A DNA stretch of 41,929 nt. It comes from a virus. The stretch is from the IMG/VR virus record IMGVR_UViG_3300038443_000672; one strand, 5' to 3'. The notes under the pieces are model-generated. The model saw only the letters and a list, made by a program, of their open reading frames with translations. It was not told the DNA's origin and did not search any database. The position numbers were made by a program, and so were the translations under genes. Below, one piece after another: positions 23,822-33,384 of the stretch. Every line of letters begins with the position of its first letter. The stretch's first letter is position 1.

Positions 23822-25338
23822 TGCTACTGCCCATCGCCGATTACGCGCCGGACCTACCGCCGAACAACTCGCGCGGCGCGTCGAGCAATATCGTCAATCT
23901 CTTTCCGCGCACGAAAGAATCGTGGGGCCCGGTCGGCACGCTCTCGACCTACAGTTCGAGCGCGCTCACCTCGCAGTGCCTCGGCGCGCTGATGGCGATC
24001 GACACGGGCGCGAACAACTACCTCTTTTGCGGCGATGCCGGCAAGCTCTATCTGATGAGCCCGGGCAATGCTTCGTTCACGAACGTCAGCAAGAGCGGCG
24101 GCTATTCGCTTGCGAGCATCGAGAAGTGGTACTTCACGCAGTACGGGCAAACGATCATCGGCGCGGGACAGGGGCAAAACCTACAGGCCTATACGCTCGG
24201 CTCGAGCACGGCCTTCGCCGATCTGGCCGGCTCCCCGCCGCAGGCGCGCTACATCGCGACGATCAAGGATTTCGTCATGGTGGCGAACACGTTCGATGGC
24301 ACGAACGGCGAGCAGCCGCAGCGCGTGCAGTGGTGCGCGGTGGATACGCCGACGCTCTGGCCGGCTGCCGGCAGCACGCAGGAAGCGCAGACGCTCGCGG
24401 GTTCGCAGATCATTCCGGGCGATCAGGGCTGGATTACGGGACTTGTCGGGAACCTGGGCACCGCAGACGGCGCCGTGTTCTTCGAACGCGCGATATGGCG
24501 CATCGTCTATCAGGGCTCGCCCACGGTATTCGGCTTCTATCCGGCCGAGGGTGTGCGCGGCACGCCCGCGCCCAAGAGCATCGCGCAGCTTGGCGCGCTC
24601 GTCTATTACCTGGGCGAAGACGGCTTTTATGCATTCGACGGCTCAAGCTCGACGCCGATCGGAGTGGATCGCGTGGACAAGACGTTTTGGGCGACCGTCA
24701 ACCCGTCCTATCTGTACAACGTGATTGGCGCGGTCGATCCGCTCAACCGCCTTGTCATGTGGCTGTACCCGTCCAACGCGGCATCCAATGGGGTGCCCGA
24801 TTCCCTGCTCGTTTTCAATTGGGCGCTGGGTAAGTGGGGATTTGCGCAGATCAACGCCGAGTACATCTTCCGCGCGATCACGCAGGGCTATTCACTCGAC
24901 TCGCTCGACAGCTATGCGGGCGGCGCGTACAACCTCGACACGCTGCCGTTCTCGCTCGATTCGCGGGTATGGACCGGCGGCCAAGTGCTGATGGGTGCAT
25001 TCAACCCGTCACACCAGCTTTCGTACTTCACCGGGTCGCCGGCAAACGCAACGGCCGACACGGTGGAAGTGCAACCGATCGCAGGCCGGCGCGGTTTCAT
25101 CCGCTCGGCGCGGCCGATGATTGACGGCGGCTCGCCCTCCGTGCAGATCGGCTACCGCAATCGCTTGATCGACGCTGCGGCCTTCACAAGCCAGAGCGCG
25201 ATCAACGCCAACGGCGAGTGTCCGCTGCGCGTCGATGCGCGCTACGTGCGCGGACGGATCACGACAAGCGGCGCGTTCACGCATCTGCAAGGCATCGAGA
25301 TACCGGACGATGCCGTGACGCCATCGGGGCGCAAATGA
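23821..25338 (+). CDS. Putative tail nozzle/tubular protein (beta-propeller-like)
   Basis: 505 aa, overlapping the adaptor stop. It has repeated beta-strand-rich blades. The call is by position. Confidence 0.4.
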   Translation: MLLPIADYAPDLPPNNSRGASSNIVNLFPRTKESWGPVGTLSTYSSSALTSQCLGALMAIDTGANNYLFCGDAGKLYLMSPGNASFTNVSKSGGYSLASIEKWYFTQYGQTIIGAGQGQNLQAYTLGSSTAFADLAGSPPQARYIATIKDFVMVANTFDGTNGEQPQRVQWCAVDTPTLWPAAGSTQEAQTLAGSQIIPGDQGWITGLVGNLGTADGAVFFERAIWRIVYQGSPTVFGFYPAEGVRGTPAPKSIAQLGALVYYLGEDGFYAFDGSSSTPIGVDRVDKTFWATVNPSYLYNVIGAVDPLNRLVMWLYPSNAASNGVPDSLLVFNWALGKWGFAQINAEYIFRAITQGYSLDSLDSYAGGAYNLDTLPFSLDSRVWTGGQVLMGAFNPSHQLSYFTGSPANATADTVEVQPIAGRRGFIRSARPMIDGGSPSVQIGYRNRLIDAAAFTSQSAINANGECPLRVDARYVRGRITTSGAFTHLQGIEIPDDAVTPSGRK

Positions 25339-25664
25339 CCACGCCAAGCTACCCGGTTCCCCCCGTCATGATGCCCGACGAAAAGGAGCACCGCCGGCAG
25401 ATCGCCCAAGCGCTGGCGAACGCCATGGGCGGCAAGTTGAACGCGGTGAACGAAATCACGCTTGTAGCCGGTGCGACGACCACGACGATTACCGACGCGC
25501 GCATCGGCGCCAACACGTTTTTCGGCTTCCAACCGATGACCGCCAACGCGGCCGGCGCGCTCGGGAGCCTGTACGTGTCATCGCAGGCGAACGGCACCGC
25601 GACGCTCACGCACGCGAACACGGCGACGGTCGATCGCACGTTTCGCCTTCTGCTCATAGGTTGA
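25335..25664 (+). CDS. Hypothetical tail-module protein (109 aa)
   Basis: ATGA overlap with the upstream gene. Confidence 0.55.
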   Translation: MTTPSYPVPPVMMPDEKEHRRQIAQALANAMGGKLNAVNEITLVAGATTTTITDARIGANTFFGFQPMTANAAGALGSLYVSSQANGTATLTHANTATVDRTFRLLLIG

Positions 25665-25668
25665 CACC

Positions 25669-26073
25669 ATGCTTTATGGCATCCAACGCGACGAAATCGA
25701 CGCCGTGTGGCCCGAGGTGCGCCCATGGATCGAAGCGGCAGCCGAGACGACGCGAGGCAAATGGGATGCAGAAGACATTCGAGCCGGCCTCTTGACGGGA
25801 GAGGATCAGCTTTGGATTTGGAAGACCGACACCGCGTTCGCGGTGGGCGTCACCCGTCTCGCGAACTACCCGAAACAACGCGTCTGCAATCTTCGTATCG
25901 TCACGGGCACGAACATGGCCGAGTGGGCCCAGCCGTGCATCGAGACGATCGAGGCGTGGGCGAGGGCAAATGGATGTCACGCGATGGAGTTTCAGGCTCG
26001 GCCCGGCTGGGAGCGATTCCTTAAAGGCCGTGGCTACGACAAAACGCATGTATACATGGAACGTGCGCTATGA
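25669..26073 (+). CDS. GNAT-fold-like protein in the tail module
   Basis: CNLRIVTGTNMAEWAQPCIETIEAWARANGCHAMEFQARPGWERFLKGRGY resembles the GNAT C-terminal half. A canonical R-x-x-G-x-G/A is not evident. Confidence 0.35.
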   Translation: MLYGIQRDEIDAVWPEVRPWIEAAAETTRGKWDAEDIRAGLLTGEDQLWIWKTDTAFAVGVTRLANYPKQRVCNLRIVTGTNMAEWAQPCIETIEAWARANGCHAMEFQARPGWERFLKGRGYDKTHVYMERAL

Positions 26074-27434
26074 AACTGATTCGCAATTCCCGCGAGGTCG
26101 CGCTGATGCGGCTCGCGCTGCCGATTGTGCCGGCCAACGGGGGCGGCGGTGGCAATACGACGAGCAACACGGTCGCGACGCCCTGGACGGGCCAGCAACC
26201 CTATCTGAGCAACGTCTTTCAGGGTGCGCAGAACACGTACGATCAGTACGCCGCCAATCCTGCATCATCTGTCGCCGGCTTTACGCCGATGCAGGGTCAG
26301 GCGATGGGCGTCACGCAGAACGTCGCGAACGGCACGAATTTCGCCTACTCGCCGGTGCTGAACAACACGGCGGGCAACTATACGACCAACCTGCTGGGCG
26401 GCGCGTATCTGAACGCCAACCCGGCGAATGGTCAACTGACCGCGCTCGGTGGCAACAATACGGGCGCGGCCGCGCTCACTCGACTCAGCGATAACAGCGC
26501 CGGGACTCAGAGCCTATCGAATTTCGCCAATGGCGACCTGCTGAGCAATCCGTATCAATCGGGCACGCTCAACGCGGCAAACGACGCCATCACGCGGGCC
26601 TATCAGACCGCGACGGCGCCGCAAACGGCGAGCGCGTTCGAGGGCTCGGGGCGCTTTGGCTCCGGTGCCTACAATCAGGCCGTCAGCCAGAATCAGCAAG
26701 ACCTCGCGACGCAATTGGGCAATACCGATTCGAGCCTGCTCGCCAACCTGTATCAGCAGAACATGGGCAACATGCTGTCGGCGGCCAACGCGCAGGCCGG
26801 CCAACAGCTATCCGCAGCGGGCACGCAGGCCGGTCAGGAACTCGGCGCGCTCGGCGGCCTGGGGCAAAACTACAGCACCGCCGCGCAGCAGCAGCTTGCG
26901 GGGTCGCTCAACGCGCCGAACCTCGTCAATTCGATCAACGGCGCCGCGACGAATCTGTACAACATGGGCGGCAATCAGCAGGCGCTCGAGCAATCCCAGA
27001 TCAACGCGCCGTGGCAGTTGCTCAACAACTACTCGAACCTCATCCAAGGCCAATACGGCGGCAATACGAGCACGACGACGCCGTACTACCAGAACCAACT
27101 CGCGGGCGGCTTGGGCGGCGCGGCGAGCGGCGCAGCGATGGGCAGCATGTTCGGGCCGTGGGGCACCGCAATCGGCGCTGTCGGCGGCGGCCTGTTGGGG
27201 GCCTTCTCCGATCGCAGATTGAAGGCTGACATCCGTGCAACCGGCAAGCGCTTGCCAAACGGCTTGCCCCTCTACGCCTTCCGCTACGTGTGGGAAGAGC
27301 CAGGCACCGAGCACATCGGCGTCATGGTGGACGAAGCGCGCGAGGTCGCGCCGCACGCCGTCTTCCGGGACATCAGCGGCTTCGACAAGGTGAACTATGC
27401 GGCGCTCGGGGGTGAACATGTCTTCTTCCATTGA
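26070..27434 (+). CDS. Fibre/spike-like protein with a C-terminal S74 intramolecular chaperone domain
   Basis: The body is Asn/Gln/Gly-rich. SDRRLKADI...IGVMVDEAREVAPHAV at the C-terminus. Confidence 0.6.
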   Translation: MKLIRNSREVALMRLALPIVPANGGGGGNTTSNTVATPWTGQQPYLSNVFQGAQNTYDQYAANPASSVAGFTPMQGQAMGVTQNVANGTNFAYSPVLNNTAGNYTTNLLGGAYLNANPANGQLTALGGNNTGAAALTRLSDNSAGTQSLSNFANGDLLSNPYQSGTLNAANDAITRAYQTATAPQTASAFEGSGRFGSGAYNQAVSQNQQDLATQLGNTDSSLLANLYQQNMGNMLSAANAQAGQQLSAAGTQAGQELGALGGLGQNYSTAAQQQLAGSLNAPNLVNSINGAATNLYNMGGNQQALEQSQINAPWQLLNNYSNLIQGQYGGNTSTTTPYYQNQLAGGLGGAASGAAMGSMFGPWGTAIGAVGGGLLGAFSDRRLKADIRATGKRLPNGLPLYAFRYVWEEPGTEHIGVMVDEAREVAPHAVFRDISGFDKVNYAALGGEHVFFH

Positions 27435-27888
27435 TAGCCTGCTTCCTTTGCTCGCGCGCCTTGCGCCGGCCGCGATGATGAGCGGCGCGTTTGGCGGCTT
27501 GATGGGCGGCGGCGGCGACAGCGCGGCGGCTGGCGCGTCGCTTGGGCCAAGCGGGATGCCAGGCAGCGCGTCGCTGTTCGGCGCCGGCGCGGGGATGGGA
27601 TCGCCGCAGCTTCCGGGTGCGCCGGTCGCGCCCAGCGGCATGCCGTCGCAGTTCTCGATGCCGGCCGGTGTCGGACCGTCCGCCATGTCCCCGCAGATGA
27701 TGCAGGCGGCGATGATGGCGATGCAGCAGGGCCAACCGCAGCAGCAAGGGCAAGCCGCCCCGATGCCGCAGCAAGTCGCCTTCGGCAACCCCGCCGTGCG
27801 CGCGCCTAACATCGGCCCCGCAATGCCCTATCTGAGCGTGCCGGGCTCTCAACCTTTCGGGTTCGGCGGCGGGGTGCGCTATGTCTGA
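27418..27888 (+). CDS. Internal virion/ejection protein (Gly/Met/Pro/Gln low complexity)
   Basis: Composition and position before the transglycosylase protein. An alternative start is 27397. Confidence 0.5.
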   Translation: MSSSIDSLLPLLARLAPAAMMSGAFGGLMGGGGDSAAAGASLGPSGMPGSASLFGAGAGMGSPQLPGAPVAPSGMPSQFSMPAGVGPSAMSPQMMQAAMMAMQQGQPQQQGQAAPMPQQVAFGNPAVRAPNIGPAMPYLSVPGSQPFGFGGGVRYV

Positions 27889-29806
27889 CCTCTTTGGCGT
27901 GCCGCTGCAAAACGGCGGCTTGATGGGCCTGATGACAAACCCGCAATCGGCCGGCCTGCTCGGCATGGCGAGCGGTCTGCTGCAAGCGTCGGGGCCCTCG
28001 CGGCTTCCTGTCAGCATGGGGCAGGCCATGGGCGCGGGCCTGCAAGGCATGCAGCAAGGCAGCATCAACGCGCTCAATACGCAGCGGCAGATGATGCAGA
28101 TGCAGGCGCTCCAAGGGCTGATGGGGATGCAGGCGCCCGGCTCAGGATCGGCGGGGCAAGCGAGCGGCGGCGGCGCGCCGTCGTATTCTTCGTTCTTCGG
28201 CACCTCGACTCCCACGGCGGCGCAGATGCCGCCCGCTCCCGCACCGAGCGCCGCGCCACAATCGGGCGCATCGATTTTCGGCCGCTCGCCGCAGCAGCTT
28301 TGGAATCAGGGCCTTTTGATGAACATGGCCGGCATCCAGGGCGGCTCGGAACTGATGAGCGAAGCGCTCAAGTACGATCCGACGCTCGCCGCGCAGATGC
28401 CGACCGACATTACAAAGATGGGCGTGCAGGGCGGCATGACACCCGAGCAGATACAAGCGGCGAACGCGGCCGGCGTCGCGAAGGCCAACTACATCGCACC
28501 GGTCAATGCGCGCCCCGGCTCCATCCTGCGCGACCCGCTGACGATGCAGCCAATGGCGTTCAATCCGAACATGCCGGCCGGCACAACGCCGATGTTCGAC
28601 GCCTCGGGCAACGTGGTGGGGGCCAACCTTATTCCGGGTGTGACCGGCGCTGTGGGCGCCACCGCAGCAGCGAAAGCGGCCGGCGAGGGTTCGATGCTGC
28701 CTTACGCTGGCGTCGATGCGCAGGGCAATCCCTTGCCGGTCACGAACCGCACGGCGGCGGCCACGCAGGGCGGGGGCGTGCCAACGCTGCAAGGCATCTT
28801 TCAGCAGCAGGAATCGAGCGGCGGCCGCACCGCGCCCGACAATCCATATCAGATTCAGCAGGACACGTTCAACCAGTATGCGCAGCAGGGCGAGTCGTGG
28901 AGCAACCCAAGTGATCGGAGCGCCGTCGCGCAGCGCGTCCTCGCCATGTACAACCAGAAGTATGGCGGCGACTTGGGCCGCATCGCGACCGCCTATTTCT
29001 CCGGCGAGGGCAATGTCGCGCCGGCCGGTAGCCCGACGCCGTTCATCAAGAATCTGTCCGACAGTAGCGGCAAGACTGTTGCCGCATATGTTGGCGATAT
29101 CCTCGGGCGCGCCGGTGGCTCGGGGTTCGGTCGCGAGCCTCAATCGGGCGGGTCGGGCGGCGGTCCTATCTATGCAGCGCCGCCGCTGGGCGCAACGAAC
29201 GCCGCGAACGCTTCGCAAGGTGCCCCGAGCAAGCAGATGGCCGATTCGCAAGACGCGCTTGCGTCGCAGGACGCCAACTATCAGCAGTCGCGCGCCTCGC
29301 TGCTCAAAATGCTGTCGATCACGCAAAACGGCGGCCTCGGCGATACGGTCGCGCGCCTGTTGCCCGAAAACCTCGCGACCCGGGTGAGCAACGATGCCGC
29401 CGAGTATCAGAAGGCTCACGCCAATTACGTCAGCCTGCAAGGTAAGGCACTCGGCTCGGGCGGCACCGATGCGTCGCGCGCCATGCTCGACGAGGCGGTA
29501 CCGACGTTCGAGAAGCCCCAGGCTGCGAAGATTTCGGGCCTGACGGATCAACTCAATCAACTCGACCTCGCGCATCTCAAGCGCCAAACGCTCACGCCGA
29601 CGTATCAGCAGGGCAACGAGAAGGCCTACACCGATCTGAGTGCGCAGTTCGATAAGGCAGTGACGCCGGCCATGATGCCCAAGCTCATGCCGATCCTGTC
29701 GATGCCGGCGAGCCCGGCGCGCACGCAAGCGTTGCAGCAGGCGATTCGAGATCCGCAGATGAAGGCCGCGCTCGACCTGATGGTGCGCACGGGGCAACTC
29801 AAATGA
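27881..29806 (+). CDS. Internal virion protein with a lytic transglycosylase (SLT-like) domain
   Basis: FQQQESSGG...YQIQQDTF...ATAYFSGEGN resembles SLT catalytic Glu-Ser and AYN-G motifs. Analogous to T7 gp16. Confidence 0.6.
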   Translation: MSDLFGVPLQNGGLMGLMTNPQSAGLLGMASGLLQASGPSRLPVSMGQAMGAGLQGMQQGSINALNTQRQMMQMQALQGLMGMQAPGSGSAGQASGGGAPSYSSFFGTSTPTAAQMPPAPAPSAAPQSGASIFGRSPQQLWNQGLLMNMAGIQGGSELMSEALKYDPTLAAQMPTDITKMGVQGGMTPEQIQAANAAGVAKANYIAPVNARPGSILRDPLTMQPMAFNPNMPAGTTPMFDASGNVVGANLIPGVTGAVGATAAAKAAGEGSMLPYAGVDAQGNPLPVTNRTAAATQGGGVPTLQGIFQQQESSGGRTAPDNPYQIQQDTFNQYAQQGESWSNPSDRSAVAQRVLAMYNQKYGGDLGRIATAYFSGEGNVAPAGSPTPFIKNLSDSSGKTVAAYVGDILGRAGGSGFGREPQSGGSGGGPIYAAPPLGATNAANASQGAPSKQMADSQDALASQDANYQQSRASLLKMLSITQNGGLGDTVARLLPENLATRVSNDAAEYQKAHANYVSLQGKALGSGGTDASRAMLDEAVPTFEKPQAAKISGLTDQLNQLDLAHLKRQTLTPTYQQGNEKAYTDLSAQFDKAVTPAMMPKLMPILSMPASPARTQALQQAIRDPQMKAALDLMVRTGQLK

Positions 29807-31710
29807 GCGCGATCGACGATTTTCTCGCGACGCAGCCCGGCGCGGGGCAGGCGGCACCGCCGGCCGCCGCGAGCGCGCCGCAAGACGTGAACGCGTTGCT
29901 CGCTCGGGATGCGACGGCGCAATCCGTTCCGCCCGCGCTGCGCGCGCCGCAAGTGACGCAGGCTCAGCCGGGAATGCTCGCGTCGCTCGGCGCGGGGCTC
30001 GGCCATGGCTTCGGCTCGACGATGCTGGGCGCTCAGCAGCTTGTTGGACGCGGCCTTACCGCGCTGGGCTCCGATCACGTCGGCCCGTGGCTCACGCAGG
30101 ACGCGCAGCACGGCCTTGCGAACCTCGACGCGCAGTACGCTCCGTACTCGGCGGCTCATTCGATCGCGGCCGGAGCGGGCAGCATCGGCGGACAGATCGC
30201 GGGCACGTTGCCGACGATGGCTGTCGGGCCGGAATACGCCGGCCTGTCGCTGGCCGGAAAGTTGTGGCTTGGGGCGGCGCAGGGTGCGGCCGGCGCGGCG
30301 ATGCTGCCCGTGCAGAACCCCGGAAACGACTATTGGTCGCAGAAGGCGCAACAAGTCGGGTTGGGCGGCTTACTTGGCGGCGCGACGCCGTTGGTCGCGG
30401 AAGGCGCGCGCGCGGCGGGTCAGGGTCTATGGAACGCGGTGCGGCCGGTCGTGCAGCCAACGCAGTATGTCGGCGAGGGTTTGGCTGGCGCCATGGAGCC
30501 GGCCGAAGCGGGGCTCGCGGCATCTAACATTCGCGGCGCACAGCAGTTCGTGCCGGGCTCCCTGCCGACGACGGCGCAGGTCGCGCAAACACCTGTCATG
30601 GTGCAGACCGAGAAGGCCGCCGGCAACATTCCCGCGTTCAAGACGGCGATGGCGCAGCGCGCGATCGACAACAACGATGCGCGCTGGCAAGCGCTGATGG
30701 GAGTGGCGCAGTCACCGGAAGCCCTGCAAGCGGCGCAGGATGCCCGCGCAGTGGCCACGCAACCGCTCTACGACGCCGCGCATCAGGCAACCGCCAATGT
30801 CGGCAAGGGCTTCATCAATTTCGCACAGCGCCCAGCGGTTCAGCAGGCGATGCAGCAGGCTGATCAACTTGCCCGCAATGAAGGCGTCACGCTCACGTGG
30901 CCGCAGCCGGGAGGCAGTCGAGCAATCAGCGGGCAAGCGCTCGACTACACGAACCGCGCGCTCGGCGACATGATCGACGCGGCAAAGCGCGCGGGCAACA
31001 GTCAGCAGGCGCGCGCGCTGACCGAAGCGCAGTCGTATCTCAAGAGTTGGACGCAAACCTACGTGCCAGGCGTGCGGCAAGCCGCGCAGGCCTATGCGCA
31101 GGCGAGCGTGCCGATCAACACGATGGAAGTCGGTCAGCAGATCGCGAACGGCCTTGGCACACGTGCGATGAATGCCGGCGGCGCGCCCGAGATTCAACTC
31201 ATGCCGTTCCGCTCGGCGCTCACGAGCGCGATGAAGGGCGCTCAGTTTGGCATCGACCCGAACGCCCTGGGCACCTTGCAGGGCATCGGCCAGGACTTGC
31301 AGCGCGCGACGGTATCGAACGCGATCCGCTCGCCCGGCAGCGACACCGCGTACAACCTCGCAGCGAACGGCTGGCTCGCGCGGCAACTCTACGGCCCGAC
31401 GTTCGGCGGCGCTGGCAATCTCGGAAAGGCGGTCGGGGCGATCGGCGCGACGGCGCTCGGTCATCCGATGGTCGGGCTAGGGATTCTCGGCGGGGGCAAC
31501 AAGATCGGGCAGATGGTCGGCAGCCGATTGCAGGACCGGTTAGCGGGGCTTTTGATGGACCCGAACGCGATCCTGCCTTTCCTCGATGCTCGTGCTGCCG
31601 CGTCGGCGCAGTCGGTTCCAGGCCCGTTGATGCAAGGGCTGCTTAATTACGGGCGCCCATCCCTGGTGAACGGGCTTCTTGGCGGCCTGAACAATGCCGG
31701 CAACAAATGA
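29803..31710 (+). CDS. Internal virion/ejection protein (635 aa, Ala/Gly/Gln-rich)
   Basis: ATGA overlap with the upstream gene. Called from composition and position. Confidence 0.55.
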   Translation: MSAIDDFLATQPGAGQAAPPAAASAPQDVNALLARDATAQSVPPALRAPQVTQAQPGMLASLGAGLGHGFGSTMLGAQQLVGRGLTALGSDHVGPWLTQDAQHGLANLDAQYAPYSAAHSIAAGAGSIGGQIAGTLPTMAVGPEYAGLSLAGKLWLGAAQGAAGAAMLPVQNPGNDYWSQKAQQVGLGGLLGGATPLVAEGARAAGQGLWNAVRPVVQPTQYVGEGLAGAMEPAEAGLAASNIRGAQQFVPGSLPTTAQVAQTPVMVQTEKAAGNIPAFKTAMAQRAIDNNDARWQALMGVAQSPEALQAAQDARAVATQPLYDAAHQATANVGKGFINFAQRPAVQQAMQQADQLARNEGVTLTWPQPGGSRAISGQALDYTNRALGDMIDAAKRAGNSQQARALTEAQSYLKSWTQTYVPGVRQAAQAYAQASVPINTMEVGQQIANGLGTRAMNAGGAPEIQLMPFRSALTSAMKGAQFGIDPNALGTLQGIGQDLQRATVSNAIRSPGSDTAYNLAANGWLARQLYGPTFGGAGNLGKAVGAIGATALGHPMVGLGILGGGNKIGQMVGSRLQDRLAGLLMDPNAILPFLDARAAASAQSVPGPLMQGLLNYGRPSLVNGLLGGLNNAGNK

Positions 31711-31764
31711 CACGAGCGCCACGATGCCGAGTTTGACCAAGCCGAACATAAGCACGTCGTGCAT
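31540..31764 (-). CDS. Candidate antisense small membrane protein (74 aa)
   Basis: GGAGG, a 5-nt spacer, then ATG at 31764. Translation begins MHDVLMFGLVKLGIVALVSFVAGIV, followed by a basic tail. TATAAT lies at 31811..31806. It overlaps 171 nt of the plus-strand gene, so it may be a shadow ORF. Confidence 0.25.
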   Translation of the reverse strand: MHDVLMFGLVKLGIVALVSFVAGIVQAAKKPVHQGWAPVIKQPLHQRAWNRLRRRGSTSIEERQDRVRVHQKPR

Positions 31765-31775
31765 TGAATCCTCCG

Positions 31776-31796
31776 AACCCGGCCGCGCGCCGGGTT
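31776..31796. other. Perfect 8-bp hairpin in the 107-nt gap before the tail fibre gene
   Basis: AACCCGGC, loop CGCGC, GCCGGGTT. It is followed on the plus strand by a weakly U-rich GTTCATTAT. Confidence 0.6.
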
Positions 31797-31817
31797 GTTC
31801 ATTATAGGTGAGCCGAA

Positions 31818-32927
31818 ATGACACTCGCGCAATGGTCAACGGTGGCCGCGAATAACGCGACGGCCGATCCCTCCATCAACTGGCAGGAAGGGCAGGCGCC
31901 GAGCACGGTCAACGACTCCGCGCGCGCGATGATGGCAGCTATCGCGACGTGGTATCAGGCCCCGGAATGGCTCAATCTGGGCGACACGCCGACGTACGCC
32001 AGCGCCACGCAATTCACGGTGCCAACCAACCGCACGAGCGCCTATACGGTTGGCCGCCGCATGCGCGCGAAGGTCACGGCGGGCACGATCTACGGCACGA
32101 TTACGGAGTCGGCGTTCGCCTCGGTCACGACCGTTACCGTTCAGTGGGATGCTGGCTCGCTAGACGGCGGGTTGTCCGAAGTCGATGTCGGGATTTCCAA
32201 TCCTGCTTATCCTTCAATCACGAACCTCGGCGCCCTGACTGTTTCGTCGCTCCAAGCCGATTCGCAGATCGTTCTCGCGCAATTGGCTTCACCCAATATC
32301 GCGCCGATCAAATTCGGCGACGGCTCGGGATGGAAGCTTAATTTCGAAACCCTTAACGGATCGTCCGTATTCGCAACGCTCCAGGACTCGGGAAACTTTG
32401 CGATATCTGGCACGTTCACGGGCGCCGACATTGCGATCAACGGGGGAGCCGTTTCAACTCCGGCCACCATTTCGACGACGACAGGCTCTGCGTATCAAAA
32501 GTTTTCAGGGAGCGGGGGCGCCAAGTATGTTGGAGTAGGCGCCAATGATTTCATCGTGCTCAATTCGTCCGGCAATACGGTTTTGCTGCAACTCGACGAA
32601 TCAGGCAACGAAACGATCCCGGGAACGTTGACCGCCGGCAACCTCACCGCATCCTCCGACGAGCGCTACAAGCGCGATTGGAGCCCGGTAAGCGGTGACT
32701 TCGTGGATCAACTCGCGGGACTCCTGAGCGGCACGTATGAGGACGTTGCCAGCGGCGAGCGACGCGTCGGTGTCGGCGCGCAGTCGTTGCAGCGCTTTTT
32801 GCCGGAAGCCGTCGTCGAGGTCAACGAGCGGTTGACCGTGGCCTATGGGCACGCGGCCCTTGTCGCGTGCGTCGAACTCGCCAAAGAGGTTCGGCGCCTG
32901 CGCGCGCTCTTGGAGACCGTGAAATGA
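31818..32927 (+). CDS. Tail fibre with a C-terminal S74 intramolecular chaperone domain
   Basis: The N-terminal WSTVAANNATADPSINWQEGQAPSTVNDSARAMMA motif is common in fibre N-termini. SSDERYKRDW...VGVGAQSL at the C-terminus. Confidence 0.75.
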   Translation: MTLAQWSTVAANNATADPSINWQEGQAPSTVNDSARAMMAAIATWYQAPEWLNLGDTPTYASATQFTVPTNRTSAYTVGRRMRAKVTAGTIYGTITESAFASVTTVTVQWDAGSLDGGLSEVDVGISNPAYPSITNLGALTVSSLQADSQIVLAQLASPNIAPIKFGDGSGWKLNFETLNGSSVFATLQDSGNFAISGTFTGADIAINGGAVSTPATISTTTGSAYQKFSGSGGAKYVGVGANDFIVLNSSGNTVLLQLDESGNETIPGTLTAGNLTASSDERYKRDWSPVSGDFVDQLAGLLSGTYEDVASGERRVGVGAQSLQRFLPEAVVEVNERLTVAYGHAALVACVELAKEVRRLRALLETVK

Positions 32928-33367
32928 CGCTCCCCGCCGGGTATCCCGTCACAGCGCTTGAAATTGCCAACGAACTGAGCCTGAGTTTCCCCCTGTCGCT
33001 CAATCATCCATGGGTCATCGCGCTTGCGGGCAAATCCGGCTTGCCGGTCAGCTTTTCGGACCTGCTCGGCAAGTCCGGTCACTTCGGGGGGAATGTAACA
33101 GGCAACGGCAGCGGCACGCTTCTTTCCGTCACGTTCGGAAACGCGCCGTTTTTTGGGGGCGCCCTTAGCTCGCTGACTCAGCAATTCAATTCGCTCACGC
33201 TTTCGTTTTCGTCGGCTCCAAATTGGAACGGCAACATTTTAGTTTCCGCGCCGGCCGGGAGCGCTGTATTGACCAAGGCCAACAGCACTACTTGGACAGG
33301 AACAACCGCCAGCGGCATCCTGCCCGCCAATGGGCAAGTCGTCTATATGACGCTTTATCCGAACTAA
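32924..33367 (+). CDS. Fibre-associated hypothetical protein (147 aa)
   Basis: ATGA overlap with the fibre gene. Confidence 0.55.
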   Translation: MTLPAGYPVTALEIANELSLSFPLSLNHPWVIALAGKSGLPVSFSDLLGKSGHFGGNVTGNGSGTLLSVTFGNAPFFGGALSSLTQQFNSLTLSFSSAPNWNGNILVSAPAGSAVLTKANSTTWTGTTASGILPANGQVVYMTLYPN

Positions 33368-33384
33368 GAAAGGGGTGAACAAAA

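Noticed and set aside
31818-33367. Diversity-generating retroelement near the tail fibre, as in some related podoviruses.
   Set aside because: No reverse transcriptase ORF and no template/variable repeat pair was seen anywhere in the window.
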